Source: Candidatus Nanopelagicales bacterium
GTDB lineage: Bacteria; Actinomycetota; Actinomycetes; S36-B12
Length of the DNA stretch: 64,000 nucleotides
Reading direction: 5' to 3'
NCBI GenBank assembly: GCA_012103605.1
Contig: WLWL01000003.1
Coordinates: forward strand, 10,315-74,314
The position numbers were made by a program, and so were the translations under genes. Shown here in pieces: positions 8,783 through 18,423 of the stretch; position 1 is the first letter of the stretch; every line of letters begins with the position of its first letter. The notes beneath the pieces were generated by a model, which worked only from the letters and a program-made list of their open reading frames with translations, made no database searches and was not told the DNA's origin.

Positions 8783-9514
8783 CTATTGATCCGCAGTGAT
8801 GATCTCAATGCCCGCCGGCACCAGGGCGAGAACCCGAGCCGGGATCGACCTCGCGTACTCATCTGCTTTCTGCGCAGGAAGCGTGACGCGGACGGTCCCC
8901 GATGACGCATCGACGGACACATCCGGCATCGACGCCTCCCCCGATGCTGATGCCCAGGCCTCCGTGAGTAGTGCGGCCGCGTGATCGAGCGGGTCCCGGT
9001 TCGCCAGTTCCACAAGATCGGGTTCGGCTACGACCGCCGATGACGGTCCCGCAACATCGATCACCACCGCTTCGCATCCGTCATCCAACGCGGCCTGGGC
9101 CACCTCCGGGCCTGATACGGGCACTGGACGGGCGTGCGGATTCCATCGATGCATCGCGTCCAGACCGGTGAACGCCAACAGGCCCCGTCGTCCATCGGCC
9201 GCAACCATCGACACCACGGACATCTGCGATCCGTCGGATTCGCTTGATCCGCCATCTTCACCAGATTCGCCGGTCTCCGCGGGGCTCGCCACGATGGCAA
9301 CGATCAAGCGCCCTGCTTGCATGGCATCGCGCAGCCGATCAGAATCGACGGGCGCGGACAGCGCAGCACAGATGTTTGGGTCGGTCGATCCGTCGTCGGC
9401 GGTGAAGCGGCCGGGAGAGACCAAACGTCGACCGTCACCTGGCTCATTCGTCGTCGCCGGAGGCTCGGGCTGATTCGTCGTCGCCGGAGGCTCGGATCGA
9501 TCCCCGTGCTCCAC
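8783..9514 (-). CDS. SseB-family-like protein, function unknown
   Basis: 243 aa with a GTG start. The core (GRLIVAIVA...RGLLAFTGLDAMHRWNP...EAVVIDVAGP) resembles SseB-family proteins. The N-terminus carries a duplicated EPPATTN(Q/E)P. Confidence 0.6.
   Translation of the reverse strand: MEHGDRSEPPATTNQPEPPATTNEPGDGRRLVSPGRFTADDGSTDPNICAALSAPVDSDRLRDAMQAGRLIVAIVASPAETGESGEDGGSSESDGSQMSVVSMVAADGRRGLLAFTGLDAMHRWNPHARPVPVSGPEVAQAALDDGCEAVVIDVAGPSSAVVAEPDLVELANRDPLDHAAALLTEAWASASGEASMPDVSVDASSGTVRVTLPAQKADEYARSIPARVLALVPAGIEIITADQ
9446..9495 (-). repeat. 27-nt tandem duplication inside the sseB-like gene
   Basis: Identical 23-mers ATTCGTCGTCGCCGGAGGCTCGG sit at 9446..9468 and 9473..9495 (plus strand). 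They encode EPPATTNQP / EPPATTNEP. Confidence 0.9.
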
Positions 9515-9520
9515 GTCGGC

Positions 9521-9526
9521 AGCCTA
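9521..9526 (-). promoter_or_regulatory. -10-like TAGGCT, 6 nt upstream of the sseB-like GTG (candidate leaderless promoter)
   Basis: The minus strand reads CTTAGGCT-GCCGAC-GTG. There is no Shine-Dalgarno, and the gap to the divergent gene is only 29 nt. Confidence 0.4.
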
Positions 9527-9531
9527 AGCGG

Positions 9532-9537
9532 CACAAT
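9532..9537 (+). promoter_or_regulatory. weak -10-like CACAAT, 6 nt upstream of the MFS GTG
   Basis: The plus strand reads CACAAT-CCGTCG-GTG. A2 and T6 of TANNNT are kept. No Shine-Dalgarno. Confidence 0.2.
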
Positions 9538-9543
9538 CCGTCG

Positions 9544-10755
9544 GTGCCTTCGAACCCTGTGACGGGTGCCGCCCCCGCCACCCGATCCACCGCGGCGATC
9601 CTCGCCGTGGTGGTCCTCGTCGCCATCAACCTTCGACTCGCCCTATCGAGCCTTCCAGCGGTCGCGACGCTGATCCAGGACGAGACCGGCTGGAGCGACG
9701 CCTTCATCGGTGCACTGACGACCGTTCCGGTCTTGGGCATGGGTGTCTTCGCGCTCGGTGTGCCGCGGCTGGCGGGTCGGATCGGCAGGAGAAGTGCGGT
9801 AAGCCTGGGCCTGGTGGCGATGGCCGCCGGCATGACGCTCCGGTTGGCCGGAGCGGTTGCCGTCACGTTGCTGCTGTCGGCCATGCTCGCGGGCTTATCC
9901 ATCGCGATTCTTGGTGGCTTGGTTCCCGGGATCGTGCGCGAGCGGCTTTCGCATTCGATGGGCTTGGCCACCTCTTTGTGGACCGCGGCCATGATGGGTG
10001 GAGCTGCTCTCGGCGCGGCATTGACCTTGCCGTTGTCGGATCTGTTGGCCGGATGGAATCGAGCGCTCGCGTTCTGGGCGCTGCCGGCTGTTGCCGCGCT
10101 CGCGGCCTGGCTGTGGTTGGAGCGCGACCAACCAGCGCGCGTGGCGGCCGTCACCACCGTCCGGTTGCGGGATCTGCCGTGGCGAGATTCGACCGCGTGG
10201 GCGTTGACCGCGTTTATGAGCGTGAACTCGGTCGTTTTCTACAGCATGTTGGCCTGGACGGCCCCCTCCTACGCCGAGCGCGGCTACACGCCGCAAACAG
10301 CCGGACTGTTCTTCGGCATCTTCACGGGCTCGGGAATCATCGCTGCGCTCACCTTGCCGGCGTGGTCCCATCGAACCCAGCGACGTCGCACCCTGTTCAC
10401 TGCCACGGTCGTGGGCTGCTCGGCGAGTCTGGTCGCCATTGCCCTTTTCCCGACATTCGCTCCCCCGTTGATTCTTCTGGCCTTGTCTTTCACGCTCAGT
10501 GGTGGCTTCGCCATGTCGCTCGGCCTGCTCAGCGAGTACGCGGCGGATGCGGCGGGCTCCGCCCGACTGACCGCGATGGCGTTCACGATTACGTACACGT
10601 CCGCGGCCTTCAGCCCCTTCGTGATAGGCGCCATCATGGACGCCGTGGACTCGTGGACCCTGGTGTTTTCTCTTCTCGCGGGCATCACCTTGCTGCAACT
10701 GCCGGCAGTGTTCTTCCTTCGTCGCGGTCGCGTCGTGCAGGAGCTCGTGCAGTAG
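9544..10755 (+). CDS. MFS transporter (CynX/NimT-like), substrate unknown
   Basis: 403 aa, dominated by about 12 hydrophobic Ala/Leu/Gly-rich segments in a 6+6 organisation. GTG start at 9544, with an alternative GTG at 9559. Confidence 0.8.
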   Translation: MPSNPVTGAAPATRSTAAILAVVVLVAINLRLALSSLPAVATLIQDETGWSDAFIGALTTVPVLGMGVFALGVPRLAGRIGRRSAVSLGLVAMAAGMTLRLAGAVAVTLLLSAMLAGLSIAILGGLVPGIVRERLSHSMGLATSLWTAAMMGGAALGAALTLPLSDLLAGWNRALAFWALPAVAALAAWLWLERDQPARVAAVTTVRLRDLPWRDSTAWALTAFMSVNSVVFYSMLAWTAPSYAERGYTPQTAGLFFGIFTGSGIIAALTLPAWSHRTQRRRTLFTATVVGCSASLVAIALFPTFAPPLILLALSFTLSGGFAMSLGLLSEYAADAAGSARLTAMAFTITYTSAAFSPFVIGAIMDAVDSWTLVFSLLAGITLLQLPAVFFLRRGRVVQELVQ

Positions 10756-10840
10756 CTCGAGCACTCGCTGGACCGGTCGCTACACCGACGCCTGACTCTT
10801 TACGCGTGACTCTGTGCGCCCGTGGCCACGTTGATCGCCA

Positions 10841-11698
10841 CTAGAGGCGACACGCGTGAATGTCGGTCACCAGGATGCCCCGGGCACCCAACTCGTACAG
10901 CTCGTCCATGACTGTGTGTGCATCGACTGACGGAACCATCGCCCGAACAGCCGACCACGATTGGTCATGCAGCGGGGACACCGTCGGTGATTCGATTCCC
11001 GGTGTCACTGCACACGCCTGGTCCAGACGATCATTGGGGATGTCGTAGTCCACCAGCACGTAGGAACGCGCGACCATCACTCCATGCAAGCGTCGAAGAA
11101 AGGTTTGCACGCTTGGAGCATCCTCGGACTCATCCGCATTGCGGGACACCACGATCGCCTCGGATTGGATGAGCGGTTCACCGATGATCTCTAGTCCGGC
11201 ACGTCGAAGCGTCGTTCCCGTGGCGACGACATCGGCGACGGCATCCGCAACGCCCAGGGCGACGGCGTTCTCCACCGCTCCGTCGAGACGAACGACGGTG
11301 GCGTCGATCGACTTGTCCGCGAGCCACGTTGTGAGGAGTCCGGCATACGAGGTGGCGATGCGCGTGCCCTGGAGATCCTCGACGGTGGTGGCGGTTTCCC
11401 GAGGGGCTGCCAACCGGAAAGCTGACGGAGCGAACCCCAGGGCGACTCGCTCCACAGCCTCAGCGGCGGAGTCCAACAGCATGTCGCGCCCGGTGATACC
11501 AAGGTCGAGCGTGCCCTCCCCGACGTAGATCGCCACGTCCTTGGGACGCAGGAAAAAGAACTCGACGTCATTTTGCGGATCGTGCACGACAAGGTCGTGC
11601 ACACCAGCGTTGTGCAAGTACCCCGCTTCGATCAGCATGGCGCGGGCAGGCTCGGCTAATTGCCCCTTGTTCGGCACCGCTACTCGCAGGCTTGCCAT
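10841..11698 (-). CDS. hisG: ATP phosphoribosyltransferase (long form)
   Basis: The ORF track extends to 11824, but the conserved N-terminus [18 protein letters not shown] starts at ATG 11698, which overlaps the hisE stop (ATGA). The 285-aa length implies the C-terminal regulatory domain. Confidence 0.94.
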   Translation of the reverse strand: MASLRVAVPNKGQLAEPARAMLIEAGYLHNAGVHDLVVHDPQNDVEFFFLRPKDVAIYVGEGTLDLGITGRDMLLDSAAEAVERVALGFAPSAFRLAAPRETATTVEDLQGTRIATSYAGLLTTWLADKSIDATVVRLDGAVENAVALGVADAVADVVATGTTLRRAGLEIIGEPLIQSEAIVVSRNADESEDAPSVQTFLRRLHGVMVARSYVLVDYDIPNDRLDQACAVTPGIESPTVSPLHDQSWSAVRAMVPSVDAHTVMDELYELGARGILVTDIHACRL

Positions 11699-11961
11699 CA
11701 CAACCTCCGGTACACGTCGTCGAGGCTTACGTCGGCGGCCAACATCATCACCTGCAGGTGATACACGAGTTGCGCAATTTCCTCGGCCGTTCGTTCCGAG
11801 CCTTCGTGCTCGGCCGCCATCCACACCTCGGCGGCCTCCTCCACGACCTTCTTGCCGACGGCATGGACTCCGCCCGAGAGAAGGCGCACGGTTCCAGACT
11901 CAGGGTCCGACGTTGCTGCCTTGGCACGCAACTCGGTGTACAACTCGTCGAAGGTCTTCAC
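11698..11961 (-). CDS. hisE: phosphoribosyl-ATP diphosphatase
   Basis: The 87-aa product from GTG 11961 reads [15 protein letters not shown]...[23 protein letters not shown]...[11 protein letters not shown]...DDVYRRL, matching mycobacterial HisE. The upstream extension in the ORF track is not conserved. Confidence 0.92.
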   Translation of the reverse strand: MKTFDELYTELRAKAATSDPESGTVRLLSGGVHAVGKKVVEEAAEVWMAAEHEGSERTAEEIAQLVYHLQVMMLAADVSLDDVYRRL

Positions 11962-11968
11962 GAAGGCA

Positions 11969-11974
11969 AGCCTA
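11969..11974 (-). promoter_or_regulatory. -10-like TAGGCT, 7 nt upstream of the hisE GTG
   Basis: The minus strand reads CGCCTAGGCTTGC-CTTC-GTG. No Shine-Dalgarno. It shares the 11-mer CCTAGGCTTGC with the hisA upstream region. Confidence 0.4.
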
Positions 11975-12040
11975 GGCGTTGCATTCGTTTCCGTTATCCG
12001 TGCACCGTGGAACGGGCGTCGATGACCAGCGTCCGCGCCG

Positions 12041-12526
12041 TCATCCCGCCTGTATGTCGCGGATCGTGCGAGCGGCTCGCAGCGCACTGACCATGGCCTC
12101 AGCGCCCTTATCCTCACGAGACCCGTCGAGGCCGGCACGGTCAAGTGCTTGCTCCTCGGTGTCACACGTCAGCAGCCCGAAGCCGACGGCGATGCCATGG
12201 TCGAGGGCCACCCGGGTGAGCCCTTCAGTGGCTGCCGAACACACGTAGTCGAAGTGCGGGGTCCCACCACGAATCACCACTCCCAACGCCACGACAGCGT
12301 CGAAACGACCGCTGGCCGCAGCGTGATGGGCGAGGACGGGAAGCTCGAAGGAACCCGGGGCGACAAACTCGCTGCTCACTACTCCGGCACGGTCGGCGAC
12401 TCTGGCGGCTCCTGCTCGCAACCCATCGACCACCCGGGTGTGCCAGGACGCGGAAACCACAGCTACGCGCATGCCCGACCAGGCCGGGTCCACCTCTCCC
12501 AGATCGGGAGATCCCTGTCCACTCAT
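12041..12526 (-). CDS. ribH: 6,7-dimethyl-8-ribityllumazine synthase
   Basis: 161 aa with [16 protein letters not shown] and [17 protein letters not shown]. The ATG overlaps the ribBA stop (ATGA). Confidence 0.96.
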   Translation of the reverse strand: MSGQGSPDLGEVDPAWSGMRVAVVSASWHTRVVDGLRAGAARVADRAGVVSSEFVAPGSFELPVLAHHAAASGRFDAVVALGVVIRGGTPHFDYVCSAATEGLTRVALDHGIAVGFGLLTCDTEEQALDRAGLDGSREDKGAEAMVSALRAARTIRDIQAG

Positions 12527-13881
12527 ACCGAACTCGAGGTGTCGTCGCCAGGCTGCGCCGTGCTGTCCGAGGAATCGGGCGAGTACGCGTGGCCCATGCG
12601 GGTGGCCTTCGTTCCCAGGTAGTCAACGTTGTGCTCGTTGGCGTCAATCACAAGCGGAACTCGCTCGACGACGGAGAGCCCGTAGCCCTCGAGACCTGCA
12701 CGCTTCGCCGGATTGTTCGTCAGCAGTCGCATTGACCGGATTCCGAGATCGACGAGAATCTGCGCCCCGGTTCCGTAGTCGCGCGCATCCACCGGTAGCC
12801 CCAATTCGATATTGGCATCGACGGTGTCCCGCCCCGCGTCCTGAAGGGCGTATGCCCGCAATTTGTCGAGCAGGCCGATGCCGCGCCCTTCGTGCCCTCG
12901 CACGTACAGCACGACGCCTCGACCCTCGGCACCGACCTGTCGCAGGGCGGCGTGCAACTGCGGTCCGCAGTCACATCTCCGCGACCCGAACACGTCTCCG
13001 GTCAGACACTCGGAATGAACTCGGGTAAGGACCTCGGCTCCATCTCCGATATCCCCGGTGACCAGCGCGACGTGTTCACTGCCGTCGATATCGCTGCGGT
13101 ACGCCACCGCGCGGAAGTCTCCGTATTCGGTCGGGAGTGGGATTTCCACGACCCGGACCACGTGTGATTCGCTGAGACGCCGGAAGCGGATGATGTCCGC
13201 GATCGACACCAGGGCCAACTGGTGTTCGTCGGAGAAGTCGCGACACTGCGCAGCGTTCATCATCGTGCCGTCGTCGTTGACCATTTCGCACAAAGCGCCC
13301 GCAGGGTGCAGTCCGGCCATGCGGGTGAGGTCCACCGCGGCCTCGGTGTGACCTGCACGTCGGAGCACTCCCCCTTCGACAGCCCGTAGGGGAACGACGT
13401 GGCCGGGCCGTGAGAGTTCCCACGCTTCGGTCGCAGAATCTGCCAGGACCTTGATCGTTCGAGCCCTGTCTTTCGCCGAGATGCCGGTCGACTCGATGTC
13501 TTTTGAGTCCACGGTGACGGCGTAGGCGGTTCCCCGTCGGTCTTCATTGACCCGAGCCATAGGCGGTAGGTCGAGTCGATCCAAATCGTGTGCGGTCATT
13601 CCTACGCAGATATATCCCGACGTGTACCGGATCATGAAGGCAGTGAGTTCCGCGGTGGCTAGACCGGCGGCGAAGATCATGTCCCCCTCGTTTTCACGAT
13701 TCTCGTCGTCGATGACCACAATCGGCCGTCCTGCGCGTAGTTGCTCGAGCGCTTGCTCGACGGAATTGAGGGCAACACCGCCCGGTTCACTCGGCGGGGA
13801 GGCGGCGAGCCCCGGGACGGGGTCGGAGGCAAGGTTCCCTGCCTCTTCCTGAACTCCGAACAGCTCATCGGCGGGAATCAC
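12523..13881 (-). CDS. ribBA: bifunctional 3,4-dihydroxy-2-butanone-4-phosphate synthase / GTP cyclohydrolase II
   Basis: 452 aa. DHBP synthase part: [22 protein letters not shown] part: [20 protein letters not shown]. It carries an N-terminal extension of about 35 aa. Confidence 0.96.
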   Translation of the reverse strand: MIPADELFGVQEEAGNLASDPVPGLAASPPSEPGGVALNSVEQALEQLRAGRPIVVIDDENRENEGDMIFAAGLATAELTAFMIRYTSGYICVGMTAHDLDRLDLPPMARVNEDRRGTAYAVTVDSKDIESTGISAKDRARTIKVLADSATEAWELSRPGHVVPLRAVEGGVLRRAGHTEAAVDLTRMAGLHPAGALCEMVNDDGTMMNAAQCRDFSDEHQLALVSIADIIRFRRLSESHVVRVVEIPLPTEYGDFRAVAYRSDIDGSEHVALVTGDIGDGAEVLTRVHSECLTGDVFGSRRCDCGPQLHAALRQVGAEGRGVVLYVRGHEGRGIGLLDKLRAYALQDAGRDTVDANIELGLPVDARDYGTGAQILVDLGIRSMRLLTNNPAKRAGLEGYGLSVVERVPLVIDANEHNVDYLGTKATRMGHAYSPDSSDSTAQPGDDTSSSV

Positions 13882-14462
13882 GACTTCACCAACTTCTCTA
13901 CGTACTTCGCGATGACGTCCACCTCGATATTCACGTCATCGTTCACGTTCCGGTCCCCCAGCGTGGTCTCCGAGAGCGTGGTCGGGATGAGGGATACCGA
14001 GAACTCGCCCTCGTGAACGCTCGCGACCGTTAAGGATACGCCGTCCACGGCAACCGAGCCCTTCTCCACCAAATACCTCTCCACGTCCGCCGGCGTCGCG
14101 AAGGTCATCACGGTCCAATCGTCGGAGACATCGATGGAGGACACGCGGGCCGTGCCGTCGATGTGTCCCTGGACGATGTGCCCACCGAGTCGACCGTCGA
14201 CCCGCGCCGCACGTTCGAGGTTGACACGACTCCCCGGCGTCAAACCTCGAAGCGACGTCCGGTTCAGCGTTTCCAGCATGACGTCCGCAACGAACCCGGC
14301 ATTGTCATGGCCTGCAACGGTGAGGCAGACCCCGTTGACGCTCACCGAGTCGCCGTGATCGGCACCGTCGATGATCGGCGAGTCAATGCGAAGCCGCATC
14401 GATTCTCCGCGGTCGTCGATATCCCGCACGGTTCCGACGTCCTCGATGATTCCGGTGAACAT
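13878..14462 (-). CDS. ribE: riboflavin synthase (alpha chain)
   Basis: 194 aa, [12 protein letters not shown]..., with the internal-repeat architecture ([13 protein letters not shown] / [12 protein letters not shown]). Confidence 0.96.
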   Translation of the reverse strand: MFTGIIEDVGTVRDIDDRGESMRLRIDSPIIDGADHGDSVSVNGVCLTVAGHDNAGFVADVMLETLNRTSLRGLTPGSRVNLERAARVDGRLGGHIVQGHIDGTARVSSIDVSDDWTVMTFATPADVERYLVEKGSVAVDGVSLTVASVHEGEFSVSLIPTTLSETTLGDRNVNDDVNIEVDVIAKYVEKLVKS

Positions 14463-15466
14463 CAGGCAGCCTTTCGGGGAAGGGTCGCGCGCACGAGCAC
14501 ATCCTCCCCTAGGGCCCGGGTCTCCATGATCTCGACCTTGGCGTCTAGTCGATCAAGGCCGGGCAGGGCTCGCGGTCCACTTCCCAACCACGTGCCGGCA
14601 ACGAGCCATACGAGTTCGTCCACGAGGCCCTCCCGCAGGAAAGCCCTGAGCACCGTCGGACCCGATTCGAGAAGCACATCACGCACACCGTCATCGAAGA
14701 GCCTGTCGAGGGTGTCTCGCGGTTCGTGCCCGCGCATGATCTTTGTGGGTGCGGTGGCATCGAGAATCTTTCGGTCCGCAGGGATCTCACGGTTGCCGAC
14801 TACTACCCGGACGGGGGCGCCGGCGGGAAGCAGCGGGACGTGACGGACGGTCAACTGCGGATCGTCGGCCAGAACGGTTCCCGAACCCACGACGATCGCA
14901 CCCACCCGCGCCCGCAGAGCGTGGGCGTACACGTTCGCCTCCGAGCCGGTCAACTGCACCCGACGCCCTTCGGCGCCCGCGACCCGTCCATCAAGGCTCA
15001 CGGCACATTTCGCCGTAACGTACGGGTAGCCACGCTGGACCGCGACGGTCCATTCCTGATTAACCTCTCGCGCCTGTTGCTCCAGGACTCCGGAGACCAC
15101 ATCCACTCCCGCCTCCCGCAAGACATCGGCACCGCCTCCGGCCGTCGATGTCGGATCGCTTTGTGCGAAGACAACACGAACTACTCCGGCGTCGATCAAC
15201 GCTCCGGCGCACGGGGGTGTGCGTCCTGTGTGGCGACACGGTTCGAGGGAGACAACCGCAGTACCTCCGCGGGCCCGGGATCCCGCGTCACCGAGCGCCA
15301 CGACCTCGGCGTGGTCGGTTCCCGCGCCGTCGTGCCACCCACGACCCACGACATCACCGTCGGCATCCACGATGACGCATCCCACGCGCGGGTTCTCTCC
15401 CCGCGGGGCACCAGGGTGCTGAGCCAAGTCGATGGCCTCGGCCATGACCGCGTTCCAATTGCTCAC
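14462..15466 (-). CDS. ribD: bifunctional diaminohydroxyphosphoribosylaminopyrimidine deaminase / 5-amino-6-(5-phosphoribosylamino)uracil reductase
   Basis: 334 aa. The deaminase zinc motif (HAEVVAL ... PCRHTGRTPPC) is followed by the reductase domain. GTG 15466 overlaps the rpe stop; an alternative ATG lies at 15445. Confidence 0.95.
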   Translation of the reverse strand: MSNWNAVMAEAIDLAQHPGAPRGENPRVGCVIVDADGDVVGRGWHDGAGTDHAEVVALGDAGSRARGGTAVVSLEPCRHTGRTPPCAGALIDAGVVRVVFAQSDPTSTAGGGADVLREAGVDVVSGVLEQQAREVNQEWTVAVQRGYPYVTAKCAVSLDGRVAGAEGRRVQLTGSEANVYAHALRARVGAIVVGSGTVLADDPQLTVRHVPLLPAGAPVRVVVGNREIPADRKILDATAPTKIMRGHEPRDTLDRLFDDGVRDVLLESGPTVLRAFLREGLVDELVWLVAGTWLGSGPRALPGLDRLDAKVEIMETRALGEDVLVRATLPRKAA

Positions 15467-16134
15467 GCGTGACGTCGCTCTGCTACCGCGCGCAGGTTCT
15501 CGATCGTTGCCCAGGGGTCATCCGATCGGAAGACCGCAGAGCCGGCAACGAAAACATTCGCTCCCGCCTCGGCGCACCGTTCGATGGTCTCCGCGCCGAT
15601 CCCTCCGTCAACCTGCACCCACACATCTCCATCACTTCTGGATGCGAGTTCGCGGGCCCGACGAATCTTGGGGAGCATGTCATCGAGAAAGGCTTGACCG
15701 CCGAATCCCGGTTCGACGGTCATCACCAAGATCATGTCGACGCTGTCGCCGAGCGCGGCTACCTCATCGAGGTTGCTTCCCGGCTTCACCGCAACCCCGG
15801 CCCTGGCTCCATGGGACCGCAGATCCGAGCACAGTTGTGCGGCATCACGGGCCGCCTCGATGTGAAACGTCACGCTGTAGGCGCCGGCGCGCGCGTACTC
15901 GGGGGCCCACCGATCTGGATCGTCGATCATCAGATGGCAGTCGGAGCGAAAACGCTCGTCACGAAGCAGAGGCTCAATGACGGTGAGCCCGAAGGTCAGG
16001 TTGGGAACAAAGTGGCCATCCATGACATCGAGATGAATCAGATCCGACACACCAGCAATGCGCTCCACCTCCTCGCGCAGGCGCGTGAGGTCGGCGTTCA
16101 ACACGCTCGGTGACATGAGCACCGGTGAACTCAT
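15463..16134 (-). CDS. rpe: ribulose-phosphate 3-epimerase
   Basis: 223 aa with PSVLNADL, HLDVMDGHFVPNLTFG and MTVEPGFGGQAF. Confidence 0.96.
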   Translation of the reverse strand: MSSPVLMSPSVLNADLTRLREEVERIAGVSDLIHLDVMDGHFVPNLTFGLTVIEPLLRDERFRSDCHLMIDDPDRWAPEYARAGAYSVTFHIEAARDAAQLCSDLRSHGARAGVAVKPGSNLDEVAALGDSVDMILVMTVEPGFGGQAFLDDMLPKIRRARELASRSDGDVWVQVDGGIGAETIERCAEAGANVFVAGSAVFRSDDPWATIENLRAVAERRHA

Positions 16135-16140
16135 CTCCCC

Positions 16141-16146
16141 AGGCTA
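16141..16146 (-). promoter_or_regulatory. -10-like TAGCCT, 6 nt upstream of the rpe ATG
   Basis: The minus strand reads GGCTAGCCT-GGGGAG-ATG. Confidence 0.35.
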
Positions 16147-16173
16147 GCCGCCGAGCCAAGTGACGCTCGTCCG

Positions 16174-16179
16174 TAGGCT
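16174..16179 (+). promoter_or_regulatory. -10-like TAGGCT, 6 nt upstream of the IMPase-family GTG
   Basis: The plus strand reads CCGTAGGCT-TCGCCT-GTG. No Shine-Dalgarno. Confidence 0.4.
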
Positions 16180-16185
16180 TCGCCT

Positions 16186-17001
16186 GTGACCAACCAGGGC
16201 GTGCACGCAGCAGGTGGCGACCGGTTCGACGCCGCGCAGGCGGTAGCCCGGTCCGCAGGGGCCCTGGCTCTCGAATACTTCCGACGAGTCGAAACTTTGG
16301 TTGTCGAGCACAAGGGAAGTCAGGATCTGGTCAGCGAGGCGGACCGCGAGACAGAACACCACATTCGCCAGGAATTGCAGTCAGCATTCCCCGGTGATGC
16401 GTTCATGGGTGAAGAACACGGGTACACCGAGGGCTCACCAGGACACGGGACGTGGGTCGTCGACCCCATCGACGGCACCCAACCGTTTCTGCTGGGCCTG
16501 CCCACCTGGTGCATCTCCATCGCGTATGTCGCCGGCGATCGTGCGCAGATCGGTGTGATCTACAACCCGGCGACCGACGAGCTCTACGGCGCTCAGGCCG
16601 GGGCGGGAGCGTTCGTCAATGGTGTACCGATTCGCGTTCGACAAGCCGATTCCCTCGCAGATGGCCTGACGGGCGTCGGCTGCTCACCGCGAACCACTCC
16701 CGAACACCTCGCCGACATCATGCTCAACCTCCTTCAGGGAGGCGGGATGTACCAGCGCACCGGATCCGGAGCCCTGAACCTCGCCTACGTCGCCGCCGGT
16801 AAGCACATCGGCTACGTCGAAACCCACATTCACGCGTGGGATTGCCTCGCTGCGGTGTGCTTGATCAAAGAAGCCGGGGGGCGGGTGTCGGATTTCGTCA
16901 CCGAATTCGGTGTACGGGGAGCCGGACCGCTCGTCGCTGGCTCACCGGGAGTCTTCGACCAATTGATGCAGTTGATGCCCGTGCCGGTCCGTGAATCGTG
17001 A
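16186..17001 (+). CDS. inositol monophosphatase family protein (SuhB/ImpA/HisN-like; exact activity not assignable)
   Basis: 271 aa with IMPase motifs SEADRETE, WVVDPIDGTQPF and WDCLAAVCLIKEAGG. GTG start. Confidence 0.88.
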   Translation: MTNQGVHAAGGDRFDAAQAVARSAGALALEYFRRVETLVVEHKGSQDLVSEADRETEHHIRQELQSAFPGDAFMGEEHGYTEGSPGHGTWVVDPIDGTQPFLLGLPTWCISIAYVAGDRAQIGVIYNPATDELYGAQAGAGAFVNGVPIRVRQADSLADGLTGVGCSPRTTPEHLADIMLNLLQGGGMYQRTGSGALNLAYVAAGKHIGYVETHIHAWDCLAAVCLIKEAGGRVSDFVTEFGVRGAGPLVAGSPGVFDQLMQLMPVPVRES

Positions 17002-17037
17002 TAACTCGGTGCGCTTGCTCGGCCACGACTTGATCGG

Positions 17038-18423
17038 TCAGTCGCGGCGCATCAAGGTGAGGTACATGGCATCGGTGCCGTGCAGGTGAGGCCACAGCTG
17101 CACGTGCGGCCCGGGACCAAGGTCGGGCACGTTCGGCAGAAACTCTCGAGCGTCGAGAACCTGGACATCGTCGATATGAAGCAGCACCTCCTCGACAACA
17201 TCAATGGTCTCGGCAATGTGGGGAGAGCAGGTGACGTACGCCAGGACACCTCCGCTTCTCACCGATGACAGTCCGGTCGTCAGGAGCCGTCGCTGCAGGG
17301 ATGCCAACTCGCTCACGTCCTCGTGCTTCCTTCGCCACCGAGACTCGGGGCGACGGCGCAGTGCCCCCAATCCTGTGCAGGGAGCGTCCAACAGGATTCG
17401 ATCGAAGAACTGACTCCCCCACGGTCGATCGCACGCATCGGCCGTAAGGATGTGGGGAGCCACGTCGCTACTGTCCGGGGCACCGGCCGACAGCAGCGAC
17501 TCGACCAGAGCAGCGCGGTGCGCGTGCAACTCCACGGCGACGAAGTCAACGCTCTGGGTCCTGGCGTGGGAGGCCAGAACAGCCGCCTTGCCACCAGGGC
17601 CGGCACACATATCCAGCCACGCCGACTCCGGCGGTGAGACCGGCACCGCCAACAGCGCCTCGACAACAAGTTGACTTCCTTCGTCCTGGATGATCGCCCG
17701 GCCCTGCCGTACGGCTTCGACGTTGGAGGGCAACCCTGCATCCACGGTGGCGGCGCGGCGAGACCAACGCCCCGGTGTCAGGCCGGCGTCGACGACCGGC
17801 GGCTCATCGAGGAAAGCCACGGTGGGGCGGGATGGCTTATTGTTCGCGCGCAGCGCTGCGCACAGCACCTCATCGGTGACCTCTCCTTGGGTGTGGAGCG
17901 CCAGCGCCTGGTGCAGAGCTTCGGTCACCCATCGAGGGTGGGAGGTAACGGCAGCGGCGAGCTCATCTGCCCGTTTTCCTCGCCCAACGACCTCGTCCCA
18001 CTGCGAGCGATCGCGTCGCGCCACCGCTCGCAAGAGCCCATTGATGAATCCGACCCGACCCTCATCGGTGATGCCAACCGCGCGGGCGAGCTGGCACGAG
18101 GAATCGACGGCCGCATGGTCGGGGACCCGCATCGAGAGCAGTTGATGCACTCCGAGCCGCACAATGTCCACGATGTCCGGGTCGACATCGGTCCAGGGGC
18201 GGGACGAAACCTCGGCGGCGATGAGATCGTAGAAGCCCAACCACCGCAAGGTTCCGTACGCGAGGTCCGTGGCGAAGGCGGCGTCGCGGCCGGCCAACCC
18301 GTAGCGCTCGAGCACGGCAGGCCATTGCAGATTCGCGTAGACATCGTCCCGGCGAACGGACGCCAGCAATTCGAAGGCGGCGCGCCGCGCATCGTCGATC
18401 ACGACCTCGACGTCACGTTGCAC
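17038..18423 (-). CDS. rsmB: 16S rRNA (cytosine967-C5)-methyltransferase (Fmu/RsmB)
   Basis: 461 aa. NusB-like N-terminal domain, SAM site DMCAGPGGKA, catalytic DAPCTGLGALRRRPE and TCSPH. It follows fmt, as in other bacteria. Confidence 0.92.
   Translation of the reverse strand: MQRDVEVVIDDARRAAFELLASVRRDDVYANLQWPAVLERYGLAGRDAAFATDLAYGTLRWLGFYDLIAAEVSSRPWTDVDPDIVDIVRLGVHQLLSMRVPDHAAVDSSCQLARAVGITDEGRVGFINGLLRAVARRDRSQWDEVVGRGKRADELAAAVTSHPRWVTEALHQALALHTQGEVTDEVLCAALRANNKPSRPTVAFLDEPPVVDAGLTPGRWSRRAATVDAGLPSNVEAVRQGRAIIQDEGSQLVVEALLAVPVSPPESAWLDMCAGPGGKAAVLASHARTQSVDFVAVELHAHRAALVESLLSAGAPDSSDVAPHILTADACDRPWGSQFFDRILLDAPCTGLGALRRRPESRWRRKHEDVSELASLQRRLLTTGLSSVRSGGVLAYVTCSPHIAETIDVVEEVLLHIDDVQVLDAREFLPNVPDLGPGPHVQLWPHLHGTDAMYLTLMRRD

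Noticed and set aside
10802-10857. An inverted repeat ACGCGTG...CACGCGT with inner palindromes (GTGGCCAC, TCGCC-N6-GGCGA) between the convergent MFS and hisG genes, considered as a possible bidirectional terminator.
   Set aside because: The arms are short and 42 nt apart. The inner hairpin includes the hisG stop codon, and no U/A tract follows on either strand. This is not enough to call a terminator.
15463-16185. I searched for an FMN (RFN) riboswitch ahead of the riboflavin genes.
   Set aside because: The ribD start overlaps the rpe stop, and the rpe upstream gap is only 51 nt. That is too short for an aptamer of about 140 nt, and no conserved RFN core sequence was seen. The rib genes appear to be fused to rpe transcriptionally.
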